Shown here: positions 45,919-57,100 of the stretch, one piece after another
Layout: the number at the start of each line of letters is the position of its first letter
How positions within the stretch are numbered: the stretch's first letter is position 1
From: a virus
Length of the DNA: 64,000 bases
IMG/VR virus record: IMGVR_UViG_3300025133_000069
Coordinates: 12,430-76,429 of that record
Direction: 5' to 3' (one strand)
Position numbers and translations under genes: made by a program
The notes under the pieces: model-generated
Database searches by the model: none
Told to the model about the DNA's origin: nothing
What the model saw: the letters and a program-made list of their open reading frames with translations, nothing else

Positions 45919-46983
45919 ATGAAATTTTTTAATCTAGATTTGCATATTTCTGTTATTTCAGATATAAAATATATATTTGAAAAACTAGGTCACCAAGTCG
46001 ATAATTGGAGTATATCTGGTCATGCGCATATAATGGGCTGGCCCCAAAAAGATTTAGAACATATCAACCAAAATACTTGGAGAGATATTAATGAAAATTT
46101 AATTGAAAAATTTTATGATTCTCATAAGCAAGAACTAGAGAAATATGATGGATTTATTGTTACACATACACCTTGTTTTTCTTTGCTATATGAAAAATTT
46201 AACAAACCAATTATAACCATTGCTAGTACGAGATACGAGGATCCGTTTTCTAAAGATCGATCTCGTTGGCACGGTTTCAATTCTTATCTTAAGAAAAAGA
46301 TAGACAGCGGCATGATCATACCTGTTGCTAATAATAAATATGATAAAAAATATACAGAGCTTTTTACTAATAGACAATGGGAACACATACCTAGTCTTTG
46401 CGAATATACAAATTCAAAGTACACTGGACATAAAAAACAGTTTATTTATTCATCAAAGCTGAGAATCAATACTTCTTTTCTAGAAAATCTTCTAGAAAAG
46501 AACCTCGCCCTAGGCCAAAATTATAAATGGCAAGATCTAGCAGATTATTCTGGTATTGTTAATATACCTTATAATGCATCAACAATGTCTTTGTTCGAAC
46601 AGTATACTTCTAATATCCCCCTGTTCTTTCCTTCGCATAAGTTCCTTTCTCAGCTGAGGGAGACTTTTTTTAGAAATGGTGTTTTATCTGAACTTTCCTG
46701 GAACCAAATCCATGGCTTAGAGTCTAAATCATATATCGTTGACGATAAAAACGATCCAAATAATTTTCTAGATAATCAAATCATGATGGAGTGGGCAAAA
46801 CTTTCTGACTACTATGATCAAGAAAACATGCCGTATATACAATATTTTAATTCTTTTGATCATCTTAAGAAAATATTAAAAGATACGAATTTAGATATCG
46901 TATCACAGAAAATGAAAAAACACAATAATTTTAGAAAAGAAATGGTTTACGATAGATGGAAAACAATATTAAAAAAGCTTTAG
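45919..46983 (+). CDS. putative glycosyltransferase-like protein
   Basis: FFNLDLHISVI...IPYNASTMSLFEQY...PLFFP; located in the GT island. Confidence 0.55.
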   Translation: MKFFNLDLHISVISDIKYIFEKLGHQVDNWSISGHAHIMGWPQKDLEHINQNTWRDINENLIEKFYDSHKQELEKYDGFIVTHTPCFSLLYEKFNKPIITIASTRYEDPFSKDRSRWHGFNSYLKKKIDSGMIIPVANNKYDKKYTELFTNRQWEHIPSLCEYTNSKYTGHKKQFIYSSKLRINTSFLENLLEKNLALGQNYKWQDLADYSGIVNIPYNASTMSLFEQYTSNIPLFFPSHKFLSQLRETFFRNGVLSELSWNQIHGLESKSYIVDDKNDPNNFLDNQIMMEWAKLSDYYDQENMPYIQYFNSFDHLKKILKDTNLDIVSQKMKKHNNFRKEMVYDRWKTILKKL

Positions 46984-47204
46984 ATAAAAGAATATTAGGA
47001 AAAGTGTTAAATATTGATACAGGAATGAACTATAATATACTAGAGTTGGTAAAAATGGTAGAAGGAAAATATAAATTTATTCCTCCCCGACCGGGAGAAT
47101 CTAGAGAAACCTTAGCGGATAACAGCAAAGCAAGAGAATTTCTTTGCTGGCATCCAGAAATTAATTTAAAAAAATGGATAAAACAGGAGAAAAAACATGC
47201 TTAA
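46956..47204 (+). pseudogene. C-terminal remnant of an NAD-dependent epimerase/dehydratase
   Basis: VLNIDTG..NILELV...PRPGESRETLADNSKAREFLCWHP; no Rossmann GxxGxxG or YxxxK motif. Confidence 0.7.
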
Positions 47205-47412
47205 ATTATCAAATGAAGCCTTAGGAGCCTTAATGATGGCCTTACAAAAATCATTGCTTGAACAATCAGATATTGTTCCTGTTTTGAAAGGCTTTGATTT
47301 CAAAGTTAACGAAGAAAAAGAACTTTATATTATGAATCCTCCAATTGTTAATTATGGCAATGTTAACGAATTTGATGAAGAAGACTATCCTATCGACAGC
47401 AGCACTGATTGA
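47197..47412 (+). CDS. small hypothetical protein
   Basis: CAGGAG RBS; 71 aa. Confidence 0.7.
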   Translation: MLKLSNEALGALMMALQKSLLEQSDIVPVLKGFDFKVNEEKELYIMNPPIVNYGNVNEFDEEDYPIDSSTD

Positions 47413-47675
47413 TGCCAAAGTATCGGTATAAATGTAATAGTTGTGAGGTTACCTTTTTTAAACACCATTCTGTTTCAAATATCTTGGAAAATTGTGAGCA
47501 TTGTGGTATAGAAGGCTCTTTAAATAAGATCCCTACTAGTTTTAGAGTGACGGAAGCTTTTGATGGCAAAGTTTCGACTGGCCAAATTGTAAAAAAATCA
47601 ATTGAAGAGTTCCGTGAAGATTTAAAAGAAGAAAAGCGTCGCTTAAAAGAAAAAGAGTGGCTAGTAGATGAATAG
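47412..47675 (+). CDS. FmdB-family zinc-ribbon protein
   Basis: MPKYRYKCNSC...F...CEHCG. Confidence 0.8.
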   Translation: MPKYRYKCNSCEVTFFKHHSVSNILENCEHCGIEGSLNKIPTSFRVTEAFDGKVSTGQIVKKSIEEFREDLKEEKRRLKEKEWLVDE

Positions 47676-48069
47676 ATATATTTTAGGATTTTCATTAATT
47701 TTTAATGCAGTATTATTAATAGTATTATTTGGTTTGATTCCTTTTTTGTTATATTTAAGCGTACTTGCAAACCTCTTTTTTGTTTGGTTTGTTAAAAAAA
47801 GCCTTGATGAAGCGAGTGAGACAAAAGAAGATATGCTTTTTATTCTAGATTCAACAGAATCCTTTGCAAATCATCTAGACAAACTACATGAATTGGAGAC
47901 TTTTTATGGAGATGAAACACTACAACATTTAATCAATCACTCTAGAGAAATAATTAATAATATTGTAGATATACAAGAGAAATATTATGATGTTGAAATA
48001 GGATTAGAAACATATGACGATGATAACGAAGAAGCCCAAACGCAAGAGGAGGCCTCGGAAGAAGAATGA
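47668..48069 (+). CDS. membrane protein with acidic cytoplasmic domain
   Basis: Two N-terminal hydrophobic segments; FYGDETL motif. Confidence 0.7.
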   Translation: MNRYILGFSLIFNAVLLIVLFGLIPFLLYLSVLANLFFVWFVKKSLDEASETKEDMLFILDSTESFANHLDKLHELETFYGDETLQHLINHSREIINNIVDIQEKYYDVEIGLETYDDDNEEAQTQEEASEEE

Positions 48070-48727
48070 ATATTTTACTAAAGTACATGAAAGAGCAGTA
48101 ATAGAATATGCTTTGTCGGATGACAAGGCTGTGCGCACAAGACTTTATATTGAATTCCTCGGCCCTGCCTTCGATGAGATGGTTGATAAAATTGTTTATA
48201 CTTACAAGTTTAATAATCTTCCTAATATAGATTATTTAAAGGATGATTGTAAATTGTGGTTGATGACAATTTTAGACAAATATGATCCAAATAGAAAATC
48301 AAAAGCTTTTTCTTATTTTAGCGTCATAACTAAAAATTGGTTTATTCATAAAGTAAAGCAAAATTCTAAACGGCTAAAGAGAGATGTCCAGTATGAAGCC
48401 TTAGGCGCCGACTCAGCAAAAGAAGAATTAATAATTCATAATGAGTATGAAAGTAAGAGAGAACAAGCAGAGTTTTGGTTACACTTGTGGAGAGAGATGG
48501 ATGATTGGCAAAAATTAAAACTTAAAGACAGTGAAAGAAAAGTTTTAGATGCAATAAAGATTCTTTTTGAAAGCGTGGATGAAATTGAAATTTTTAATAA
48601 AAAAGCTATTTATCTATATATGCGAGAAATAACCGGCATGAATACTAAACAAGTGGTTAATAATTTAAATCGTATTAGGAAAAGATATAGGAATTTTAAA
48701 AGCGAATGGGAAAAGGGAAACGTATAA
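48014..48727 (+). CDS. phage sigma-factor-like protein (T4 gp55 late-sigma-like)
   Basis: YFT, KYDPNRKSKAFSYFSVITKNWFI (region 2-like); C-terminal HTH-like YLYMREITG...VVNNL. Confidence 0.7.
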   Translation: MTMITKKPKRKRRPRKKNEYFTKVHERAVIEYALSDDKAVRTRLYIEFLGPAFDEMVDKIVYTYKFNNLPNIDYLKDDCKLWLMTILDKYDPNRKSKAFSYFSVITKNWFIHKVKQNSKRLKRDVQYEALGADSAKEELIIHNEYESKREQAEFWLHLWREMDDWQKLKLKDSERKVLDAIKILFESVDEIEIFNKKAIYLYMREITGMNTKQVVNNLNRIRKRYRNFKSEWEKGNV

Positions 48728-49005
48728 GTTCAGAAGAGTATGTTCAAGAGGCAATCGTTAATATTCGCGATGATCGGGCGATCGCGTCGACTTTGCTTAT
48801 TGATCTAATGAAAGTTCTAAAAGAAGATACAACAAAACATCAATATTCAGGCCCAGTTGCCGCAAAATATTTAGAAACCCTACAAAGATCGAATGAGCAA
48901 TTAGTTAAATTGGCTTCTTTAATAGCTAAGAAAGAAGGCGCCGACAGCAGTTTGTCTTCACTTGACAAATCTGAGATATATGATCTAATAAACGAAGAAA
49001 AATGA
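48706..49005 (+). CDS. hypothetical protein
   Basis: 99-aa helical ORF coupled to the sigma-like gene. Confidence 0.7.
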   Translation: MGKGKRISSEEYVQEAIVNIRDDRAIASTLLIDLMKVLKEDTTKHQYSGPVAAKYLETLQRSNEQLVKLASLIAKKEGADSSLSSLDKSEIYDLINEEK

Positions 49006-49016
49006 GGATTGAATAG

Positions 49017-52000
49017 ATGGGAATAGATGTATGGAGCATGTTTCGCGGCTTGGACGGACCAGATTTTGATCCTCTTAACGACTTCACTTATACTGATATG
49101 TATAACGATGAAGTTCCGGCAGTTAATTTATTAGCTTCTTTGTTTACTGACCATTTTGAATATGATGTTCTTTCTGACATGGGTTCTCAATACCCCGCCG
49201 TAGTTATAAAAGTTTTATCTGGACCACAGTCAAAAACTGCAGCGCTAGGAGATCTGACATATACATCAGATCTTTTTGGTGATTCTACAGAATCCCCATC
49301 ACTGTGGCAGATGTCTTCGAAACTTAAATTAAAAGAAGGGAAGATAAGAGTACTAGCAAAAGTTCCGCCTATCCACAAGTTGGCTTATCCAAAAGATCTT
49401 GATGACGAATTTCAAATGAGTCTTTTTCCTGAATTTGTTGCTGCAAGAGATACGGAGGACGATCCATCTTTAGCTTCAATTAAGGCCGGCGCCATAGTGT
49501 GGGTTAGTTTGCCAAGTCCTAACGCTAAATTAGGTACACTTATAGGTGTTCATAGCACAAATTTTATAGCTAAAATAAAAGAAGCCAGATCAGCGTTAAC
49601 TGCTTTTACTGCAACTTGTACTCTTCCAAAAGTTTGTACACCCCAAGAAGCAAAAAACTTATATGCCGGCAATTCTTCGCATGAATATGAGTCTACTGGA
49701 CCCCCAATTAGAAAAATAAAAGGTAAAATTAAGACAGGTGTTTATGGAGATGGAACAGAACAAACAAAAACACATTTTGCCGGCTGTTTAAAAGAAGCTT
49801 CAGCTTCTTATAAATACAAACTTTCCGGTCCTGCTCCTGGGCCAAAGAATGCTTTTATGTGGGTTGGACATTTAGAAGGTAACGGAAGAGGAGATTTAGT
49901 TGATAGGCCTCCAGGTCCAGGCAGAGAAACAATTATATATGCTTCAAAAACACTTGATATCACGGAACCAATTGAAATAAAATATTATTTTCATGATATT
50001 GCAGGTTTTGGTTATTCGTGGATCCACGGCCCAGAAACGACAATTGCGGAATCTGAAAATAGTGTTATGACAGCTAACAACGATTTAAGAACAATAGCGG
50101 CAAATTTGAAAGACTTAATTCGAGCCGGCCGCAACTTTGTTCTTGTCATCCCTGAAATGCTATATTCAAGAGGTTTTGGTACTAAATTGGGAGATTCCAC
50201 AAGAATAAAAAGTTATACGAAATGTACAAGAGTTCTTCGCGGCGATGTTACAAAAACAGACCTTATCAGAACAAATCTAGAAGCTGCAGCAAACAGCAGC
50301 GCGCTTCCTGCAATTAGGGATTATTTATCTAGCGTTTCGGAAGATGCAACATCAAATTATGTAACATCGGATAGAATTCTTTCGACATTTGTTAAAAGCG
50401 GCAATTTAGGTACACTTCATAATGAAGTTATCGGTATATTGCATCAACATATATCTAAAAATCTAGAAGTCGGGTATGTTTCAATTCTGGCAGAAGGAGC
50501 AGGCGCCTTATCTTTGGCTGCTATACCAGTAGAAAGCTTAGAAAGTGTTCCTATTAACAGAATAGACTTTATTGCAAATGGGTTTGACAGATTAGATAGA
50601 TATAATTATTTCTTTGAAAGATCAGCGTCCGGCATGCCCGGAGAGTCGGCCTTTTTGCCAAATATACCTTCTCTTGTTCTCTATAACGATTTTTTACTTA
50701 AGAATGCTGATATTAATGATTTAGAATTTAATTATATTGTTAATCAAAATGCAAGTTTCAGCCCACTTGAATTCGGAAATAGCGACGGCGCAGTACACTT
50801 TTTTGATCATTTAGATAAGGGAACAGAGTTCCAAAATAATTTTAATGGTTCTGTACCCGCCGCGCAGTGGAAGTTTAATTTTTGGATTGAAAACAACGAA
50901 GCAAATCTTACTTCAATTGGATGTTATGTTGGCGGAAACAAACAGGCTGATCACGCTTTTAGCATGATTAACAATGAACTATCTGCTTTCGCAAACTTGC
51001 CTATCAAATCTGATACTGTTTCAAGAATTGGTTTGGACTCCGTACCGAACCATGCACAAAAAATCTCTGCTAAACAAAAATCAGCAGCAGTTAGCGGATA
51101 TAAAGCAAAAAGAGAGAAGCATGAAAAGAAAATAGAAAATTTTGATAAAATGTTAAATTCAATAGGGGGAGGACTAAATGATTTATGTAAAGATCCTAAA
51201 TATAAAGTTTATTGTTCACAACTTAGCCCTGAATTCTCTATATTAAAATTTGGTGAAAATTCATTATTTCATAAACGATATAAAAATTATATAAATAGCA
51301 AAACAGAAATTTCTAAATTAGACCAATTAACAGAAGGTCACATAATATTAATTGAAATTGGAAAAGATAAAAAACTTATAGATGAACGCCTTAAAGAATA
51401 TGAAGATTTACTAAAAGAATCAGAGAATGGTATTGAAGATACAAACACTATTTTAACGAGTTTACAAGTGTTTAAGCCAAGTTTCTTTACATCAGTAAAT
51501 AAACAGAAAACTTTAAGTTCCTTAGGCCATGCAACAGACCATATCGGACGTCGTCAAGGAATAGAAGAAATAATAGAGAGATTAAAAGAAAAACAGAAAT
51601 CAGCAACGCCCTCGGAATGTTCTCTTCCGGAAAGATGTAGAGTAACACCAATACCCTTAAGAGCTTTTAAAGGAGAGGGAGCTAAACTTTTAGATCCTGC
51701 TCTCTTTACCTGTTCTGGTGCGAATATCAGTGCTGTCAAAAGGTTTGATCAGTTAAGTGAGTGGATTCCTTATTATCCTAAAAAAGACAGTTTTACTTTT
51801 GATGGTGGAATGAGTGTACATGGCAAGATGTCTTCTAAAAAGGTGGATCTCAAGTCCACGATTCCAGATTATAAAACTTCTACATTCAAATATAAAACTA
51901 GAAGAGGAAGAGATGTTATAACTTTTGAACAAAGCCCTCCAGTATGGTCCTGTATCGCACCGATATTTGAAGAAGCTTGGGAAGCAGCATGTAACGCATC

Positions 52001-52715
52001 AAACTATATACCTTTTAAAGTCACAGATGGTATAAAAGATGGATATGCTGACTCTGGTGTCTTTGTATCTTCATATGGATTAACAATTAATATCGATCCG
52101 TTTATAGCACCTTTTTCAAAATCAACAATGAGCCACAGTGTATTTACTGGTGCATGGACACCCGAAATAGGAGATTACGAAAATCTTACTAGTTTAGGCG
52201 TATTCAAGTATGGTTCGGCATTTAATGCTGCTAATTTATATGAACATTTGCCTGGAGTTTTTCCAGACACGGGCCCCGGCATACGCAGGAAAATAGAAAA
52301 TTTAAATGGTAATTCTGCTCGTGGCATTCCGTCAGCAAAGGAGCCCGCTGTCGCTGAACTAGATAAATATTTGAAAAAGCACAAATTAGCTGATTTGTGC
52401 AAGGGAAATTATATTCTTCCACCAAATGCCAATCCTACATTGTGGGCAATTGTCTTTTGTGAAAAATCGGGCGCAAAGTGGGGCAATAGTCAATTTTTGA
52501 AACGAAAACAAAATGGGGGCACGTGGACGACTTCTGAGAAGAAATTTATAGCAGAAGTTTATGGTATCCCTAAACTTTTTGAAAGAATAAAAAACATTTC
52601 ATGGCCGTTGAATACTTTTGATAACCATAGTTATTTCCAATTTTGGTCAGGAAAGCCGCTTGTTACGTGGGACAGTATCAAAAAAGTGGCAGCTGCCAAA
52701 GGCATAGCTCAATAG
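49017..52715 (+). CDS. large putative baseplate/tail-associated protein with degenerate M15-peptidase-like C-terminus
   Basis: 1232 aa; OB-fold-like N-terminus (AVVIKV...GAIVWV); SSYGLTINIDP...KWG...DNHSYFQF. Confidence 0.5.
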   Translation: MGIDVWSMFRGLDGPDFDPLNDFTYTDMYNDEVPAVNLLASLFTDHFEYDVLSDMGSQYPAVVIKVLSGPQSKTAALGDLTYTSDLFGDSTESPSLWQMSSKLKLKEGKIRVLAKVPPIHKLAYPKDLDDEFQMSLFPEFVAARDTEDDPSLASIKAGAIVWVSLPSPNAKLGTLIGVHSTNFIAKIKEARSALTAFTATCTLPKVCTPQEAKNLYAGNSSHEYESTGPPIRKIKGKIKTGVYGDGTEQTKTHFAGCLKEASASYKYKLSGPAPGPKNAFMWVGHLEGNGRGDLVDRPPGPGRETIIYASKTLDITEPIEIKYYFHDIAGFGYSWIHGPETTIAESENSVMTANNDLRTIAANLKDLIRAGRNFVLVIPEMLYSRGFGTKLGDSTRIKSYTKCTRVLRGDVTKTDLIRTNLEAAANSSALPAIRDYLSSVSEDATSNYVTSDRILSTFVKSGNLGTLHNEVIGILHQHISKNLEVGYVSILAEGAGALSLAAIPVESLESVPINRIDFIANGFDRLDRYNYFFERSASGMPGESAFLPNIPSLVLYNDFLLKNADINDLEFNYIVNQNASFSPLEFGNSDGAVHFFDHLDKGTEFQNNFNGSVPAAQWKFNFWIENNEANLTSIGCYVGGNKQADHAFSMINNELSAFANLPIKSDTVSRIGLDSVPNHAQKISAKQKSAAVSGYKAKREKHEKKIENFDKMLNSIGGGLNDLCKDPKYKVYCSQLSPEFSILKFGENSLFHKRYKNYINSKTEISKLDQLTEGHIILIEIGKDKKLIDERLKEYEDLLKESENGIEDTNTILTSLQVFKPSFFTSVNKQKTLSSLGHATDHIGRRQGIEEIIERLKEKQKSATPSECSLPERCRVTPIPLRAFKGEGAKLLDPALFTCSGANISAVKRFDQLSEWIPYYPKKDSFTFDGGMSVHGKMSSKKVDLKSTIPDYKTSTFKYKTRRGRDVITFEQSPPVWSCIAPIFEEAWEAACNASNYIPFKVTDGIKDGYADSGVFVSSYGLTINIDPFIAPFSKSTMSHSVFTGAWTPEIGDYENLTSLGVFKYGSAFNAANLYEHLPGVFPDTGPGIRRKIENLNGNSARGIPSAKEPAVAELDKYLKKHKLADLCKGNYILPPNANPTLWAIVFCEKSGAKWGNSQFLKRKQNGGTWTTSEKKFIAEVYGIPKLFERIKNISWPLNTFDNHSYFQFWSGKPLVTWDSIKKVAAAKGIAQ

Positions 52716-52724
52716 GACAAGATA

Positions 52725-54119
52725 ATGGGAACAAATGTAATAACTGATCATCAAACAGTACCGATTGCGCCTAAGGATGGCAAGCCAGGTGGTTTCAAAA
52801 CATACTATACAACTCGTGTGGTCGAGACGACCACTTCGGGAGGAGAAACAACGAAAACAGAGTTAGCTGCAGAATCAACAACAGATTACAATGAGGCTAA
52901 AGAAAATTATCAACAAGCTTTGAAAGAAAATCCCGGCGCTACTGTTAACGGAGCTTCCAGTGAAACTTCAGAACCTTTTGAAGATGGCACGGTACCAGGT
53001 CCGATCGGCGGCATGGCACCTTTAAGTTCTCCTCCAACTACTAAATTGCAAGAACCAGGGCTTCTTTCACCGCTTGATGAGTCAAACTCAGATCTCTCAA
53101 TGCTGAAGAGTTTTAACGATGAGTCAGATCTTTCTCTTGGCGGTTCCTCTTTCAGCTTATCATTATTTAAAAAAGCAGAAGACACCGGCGGACTCGGTCC
53201 GTTGGAGGAAGATATAAAGGGCCTGAACCCAGATGAAAGGGCAAAACTTGGTAATGATGGCTCATTTGGTTCTGCCCAACCGGAGGCAAGGATTAATAGA
53301 CCCCAAGCTGGCTCTGAGAAAGTAATTAGAGGACCAACTGGAAATGCATTTATAGTACTTGGAAAAGATCGAGACGGTCATGAAGCCAGCGGGTATGGAG
53401 GAAAAGCAAATACACAATGTGACGCGATTTATATATGTGCCGGTATGGGCGGAGCTAGTCCTAAACAAAGTGACAAAGATGGTGATCTTATATATACTAA
53501 TCCCAACTTTTTTGTGGATGCTGCTATGATTTATATATCCCAGAAGACTGATGCTGACACCAATTTTTCTATTGGAAAGAGAGAGAATTTTCAAAATACT
53601 GAAGGAAAATCAGGTATTGTTGTAAAAGCAGACCATGTCAGGCTCATTGGTCGCGAAAGTTTACGGTTGGTAACGAATACTGATAAAAAAAATTCACAAG
53701 GCGGAGATATTCATAGTTGGAATGGTATATGGCTTATGGCTAATAACGATGAAGACGGACTACAGCCGATACCAAAAGGCGATAATCTTGAAGATGCCCT
53801 TGACAAGATGAACGAGAATATTAGAAAATTAATCGGCATACTTCATGGTTATATTAAACGTCAACAAGATTTTAATCGAAACATCGCTACGCACGAACAT
53901 ATCGCACCATTTTTTGGAATTACGACTGCCCCCCAGGGTCCGATCCAAAACGCGTTTCTTGATAATGCAATTAAAGAGATGATGCACACAGAAAGGTCGA
54001 TATTATCACATTTAACAAACTTGGCGGGATGGAAAAATAACTTTCTTCTGCCACATGGAAGAAATACAACAAAAGCCAATCCTTCATATATAAACAGCAG
54101 ATTTAATAAAACCAACTAA
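52725..54119 (+). CDS. putative baseplate hub/spike (gp5-like C-terminal) protein
   Basis: NAFIVLGKDR...IYISQKTD...SGIVVKADHVRLIGRE beta-repeat-like region; HxH (HEH) near the C-terminus; structural gene context. Confidence 0.55.
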   Translation: MGTNVITDHQTVPIAPKDGKPGGFKTYYTTRVVETTTSGGETTKTELAAESTTDYNEAKENYQQALKENPGATVNGASSETSEPFEDGTVPGPIGGMAPLSSPPTTKLQEPGLLSPLDESNSDLSMLKSFNDESDLSLGGSSFSLSLFKKAEDTGGLGPLEEDIKGLNPDERAKLGNDGSFGSAQPEARINRPQAGSEKVIRGPTGNAFIVLGKDRDGHEASGYGGKANTQCDAIYICAGMGGASPKQSDKDGDLIYTNPNFFVDAAMIYISQKTDADTNFSIGKRENFQNTEGKSGIVVKADHVRLIGRESLRLVTNTDKKNSQGGDIHSWNGIWLMANNDEDGLQPIPKGDNLEDALDKMNENIRKLIGILHGYIKRQQDFNRNIATHEHIAPFFGITTAPQGPIQNAFLDNAIKEMMHTERSILSHLTNLAGWKNNFLLPHGRNTTKANPSYINSRFNKTN

Positions 54120-54137
54120 TTGTATTAAGGTATAAAA

Positions 54138-57100
54138 GTGTCTACTCATACTCTTCAAAATTTAAATAAACCAAATAAATCAACCGCACGTACTAAACCA
54201 TTCTTGCCGGTTAGATATTCTCCTGGTGAAAATGCCCCTAAGCTACAACTTGGCTGGGACGATGAAAGCTTTTTAATAGTAAACAATGAAGGTAAATTAG
54301 TAAACAAAAAGGAAGATTGTGATGGGATTGAAGTACCCACAGGCGTAGAGGTTGAAGTTGTTGAAATTGTAAGTGGTTTAACTGGAATATGGTATGGCTT
54401 TGTGTTTGATTCAAGTGCCGTGTCGATAGGAAAGATTAATTTATGGACAGCAGATGAAACAAAAGTATTATATGCTCGACCACATTATTTTGCAAAGCAA
54501 GAAGATGTTCTAGATTTGCCTATTTCTCGTAATTTGACCAGGAAAGACGCTTCAGAATCTAATTTTCCAGAAGGTACAAAATTAATATCGCCCGGCTCAA
54601 ACTTAAACTGGAAGAAACTTGATAAATATGATGTTAGATTAGCATATTTTAATTTTAATGAATTTAATAGAAAAAACATACCAGAAGATATTTTCTTTAT
54701 TAACAAAGAAACAATTGGCCATAGTCCGTCTTTAAGATATTCCGAAGGACTATACTATTTCATTGCTGATGATGGACAAAGAAAAACGACAGAGGAACTT
54801 GGGGTTGTAGGAGAAGAAGAAGAGGTCCAAGAAGCTGCTAAAAAAGAAGAAGCACAAATATCAATTGGACAAATAAAAGCCAAAGCTTACGATGCTTTGT
54901 TACGTTATCTAGATAAATCTGTAGAAGAAACAGCTTTGTACTCTGTTTTAAAAGAGAAATATTTTGCCAACGTTTCAGAACACGTTACAACAAGTTCCCC
55001 CAGTCCTAATAACCAAAAAGTATTATTTGCGATACCTGCAAGTTATATCGACGGGCTGCCTCCTTCTGATCTAGATTACAGATCAAATTTTGATGAAGGC
55101 CATGAACCTGATGCTCCCTTCGTAAGGGGTAGGAACTATGCTTTCTTTATAAAATTAAAGGACTTAGAAGACCAGGTAGATGACTTAGTAGGTGTCTTCG
55201 AGGATATAAAATCCAAAATAGAGGAATTCAAACAATCTGGTGGATTCATAAAGAATCCAAATAATATTGATTTTGATGTTGATCAACAAATAGAAGCTTT
55301 TAAAGCTTTCCCAGAAATAATAAATGAATTCTTAACACGTCAATCAGCAATGTATACTACTGATAACGATTTTATAGCTCAAGCAGCCGCCGAAGGGACG
55401 GATACGGGCGAGGATCATATAATTCAAATAGGTCTTAGAGACAATGGCATAGTTGGTGGAAATGTGCGCGAAACTATTTCTTATATTATATTCTCCCCGG
55501 ATAATAAATATTTATCTGAAATTGACGACACAAACCTCTTTGAGCTTGATCCTTGGCTCACTAAAGAAGAAGTAGAAGGCGCTAAGGACCCAAAAAGAAG
55601 TGGAGTTGATCTTAGGAAAGGTTTGATATGGCTAAGAAGCAAATTTGAAGGTACACAAGGGACTAGAACGCTTCATTATCTCATGGCACAGAAAAGTATA
55701 GTTAACTTTGGTGACAAGGCTGGCTCAGGGGCTGAATTAAACGAATGGATGAAATTTTTACAATCATATTCTGTACCTCCATTCTTGATACAATTAACAA
55801 AAGACAAAAGACGAGAAGAAGAAGCTGAAGAATATGATTGTGTTAAACTTATCGAAGAATTCATAAAAAAGAAATCTCCCTTAACCGCTAAAGAAAGAAA
55901 CAAGCAACAAATGGTTCTTAATTCTCCTAAATGTAGAGAGGCTTGGAAAAAAGCAAAAAAGAAAGATACATCAACAATGGATTCTTTCTTCTCTAAGCAA
56001 CGAATTATAGGTTCTTCGAAGACTGTAGGTAATATTTCAAGAAATGCCGGAGTCGACCCTCTAAAGATTCTTTATCAAAGTTTACTGGCTAATTTAAATC
56101 CAAAAGCTTTATTAGCATTATTAATGACGTGTTTGCAAAGCCGACTTGGTATTCCTTTAACTGCAGAAGCTTTATGCGAGGCGGCAATAACAAAAATAGC
56201 TGGAAGTGCTGGGCCAAAAGAATTTACAAATATAATAGTGACAGCTTTCCCGGAGTTAGAGCCTGAGCTTGGTGAATATGCTGTACAATCAGAGATAGAT
56301 TCACCGAGAGCTTCAATCGATTCGTCCGGTGAAAGAACTGTGGTTGACTTTGGTGGATCTCCAATAGCTGCCGCTACCTACTTACGCACTGCTGATTTAG
56401 CTGTTGCTAGCAGCATTAGAGAGATGGAACAAAGCGGTGTTTCAATTGATTTAACGCCTGGCACATTTACTGATGCTTTTACAGGTGGTCAGAAACCATT
56501 TATAAAAATTGACCTTGATACTCTAACAAGAAATTATCAAGAATTAGGATATTCAAAAGAAGAAGCTGACGCACTTTTAGTAAAAGATGGGTATTTAAGA
56601 CCTAATCAGGTGCAATATCAGGATAATTCTGATAAATGGATATTTTCTGAAACAAATGACAGCTATGATAGCAGTCTATATGGAAAAGTACAAAATGCTG
56701 GTAAATTTGTACAATTTTTGATAAGTCGTGTCGGGTTACAGGCCTTATGCGAAGGTATTGTAGGACCACTATTAGATATGCCCGGTGACTTTTTGGAAGA
56801 TCCAGAGGGCTTTATAGACAAAGAAAGACGAAGTCCGGATGAGAATCTTCCTTTGATATCCCTTCCTGATAGTCTTTCAACAGATGATTTAATAGGCGAT
56901 TATGGCAAACATCTTCTTGAGGTTTTTCTTGCCATGCTCGGCGCCATGCTGGGTCAAATTTTGGGCATCTTGTTGCAAGAACTTCTTGAATCTTGTTTCG
57001 AAGAAAATACCGATCTCGGCCCGGCCGGCCGGCCAAAGAATTTGAGAAGTTTACCTATACCTTCCGCAGATCTGCAAGCTGCGTTAGATTCTATAGGCTC

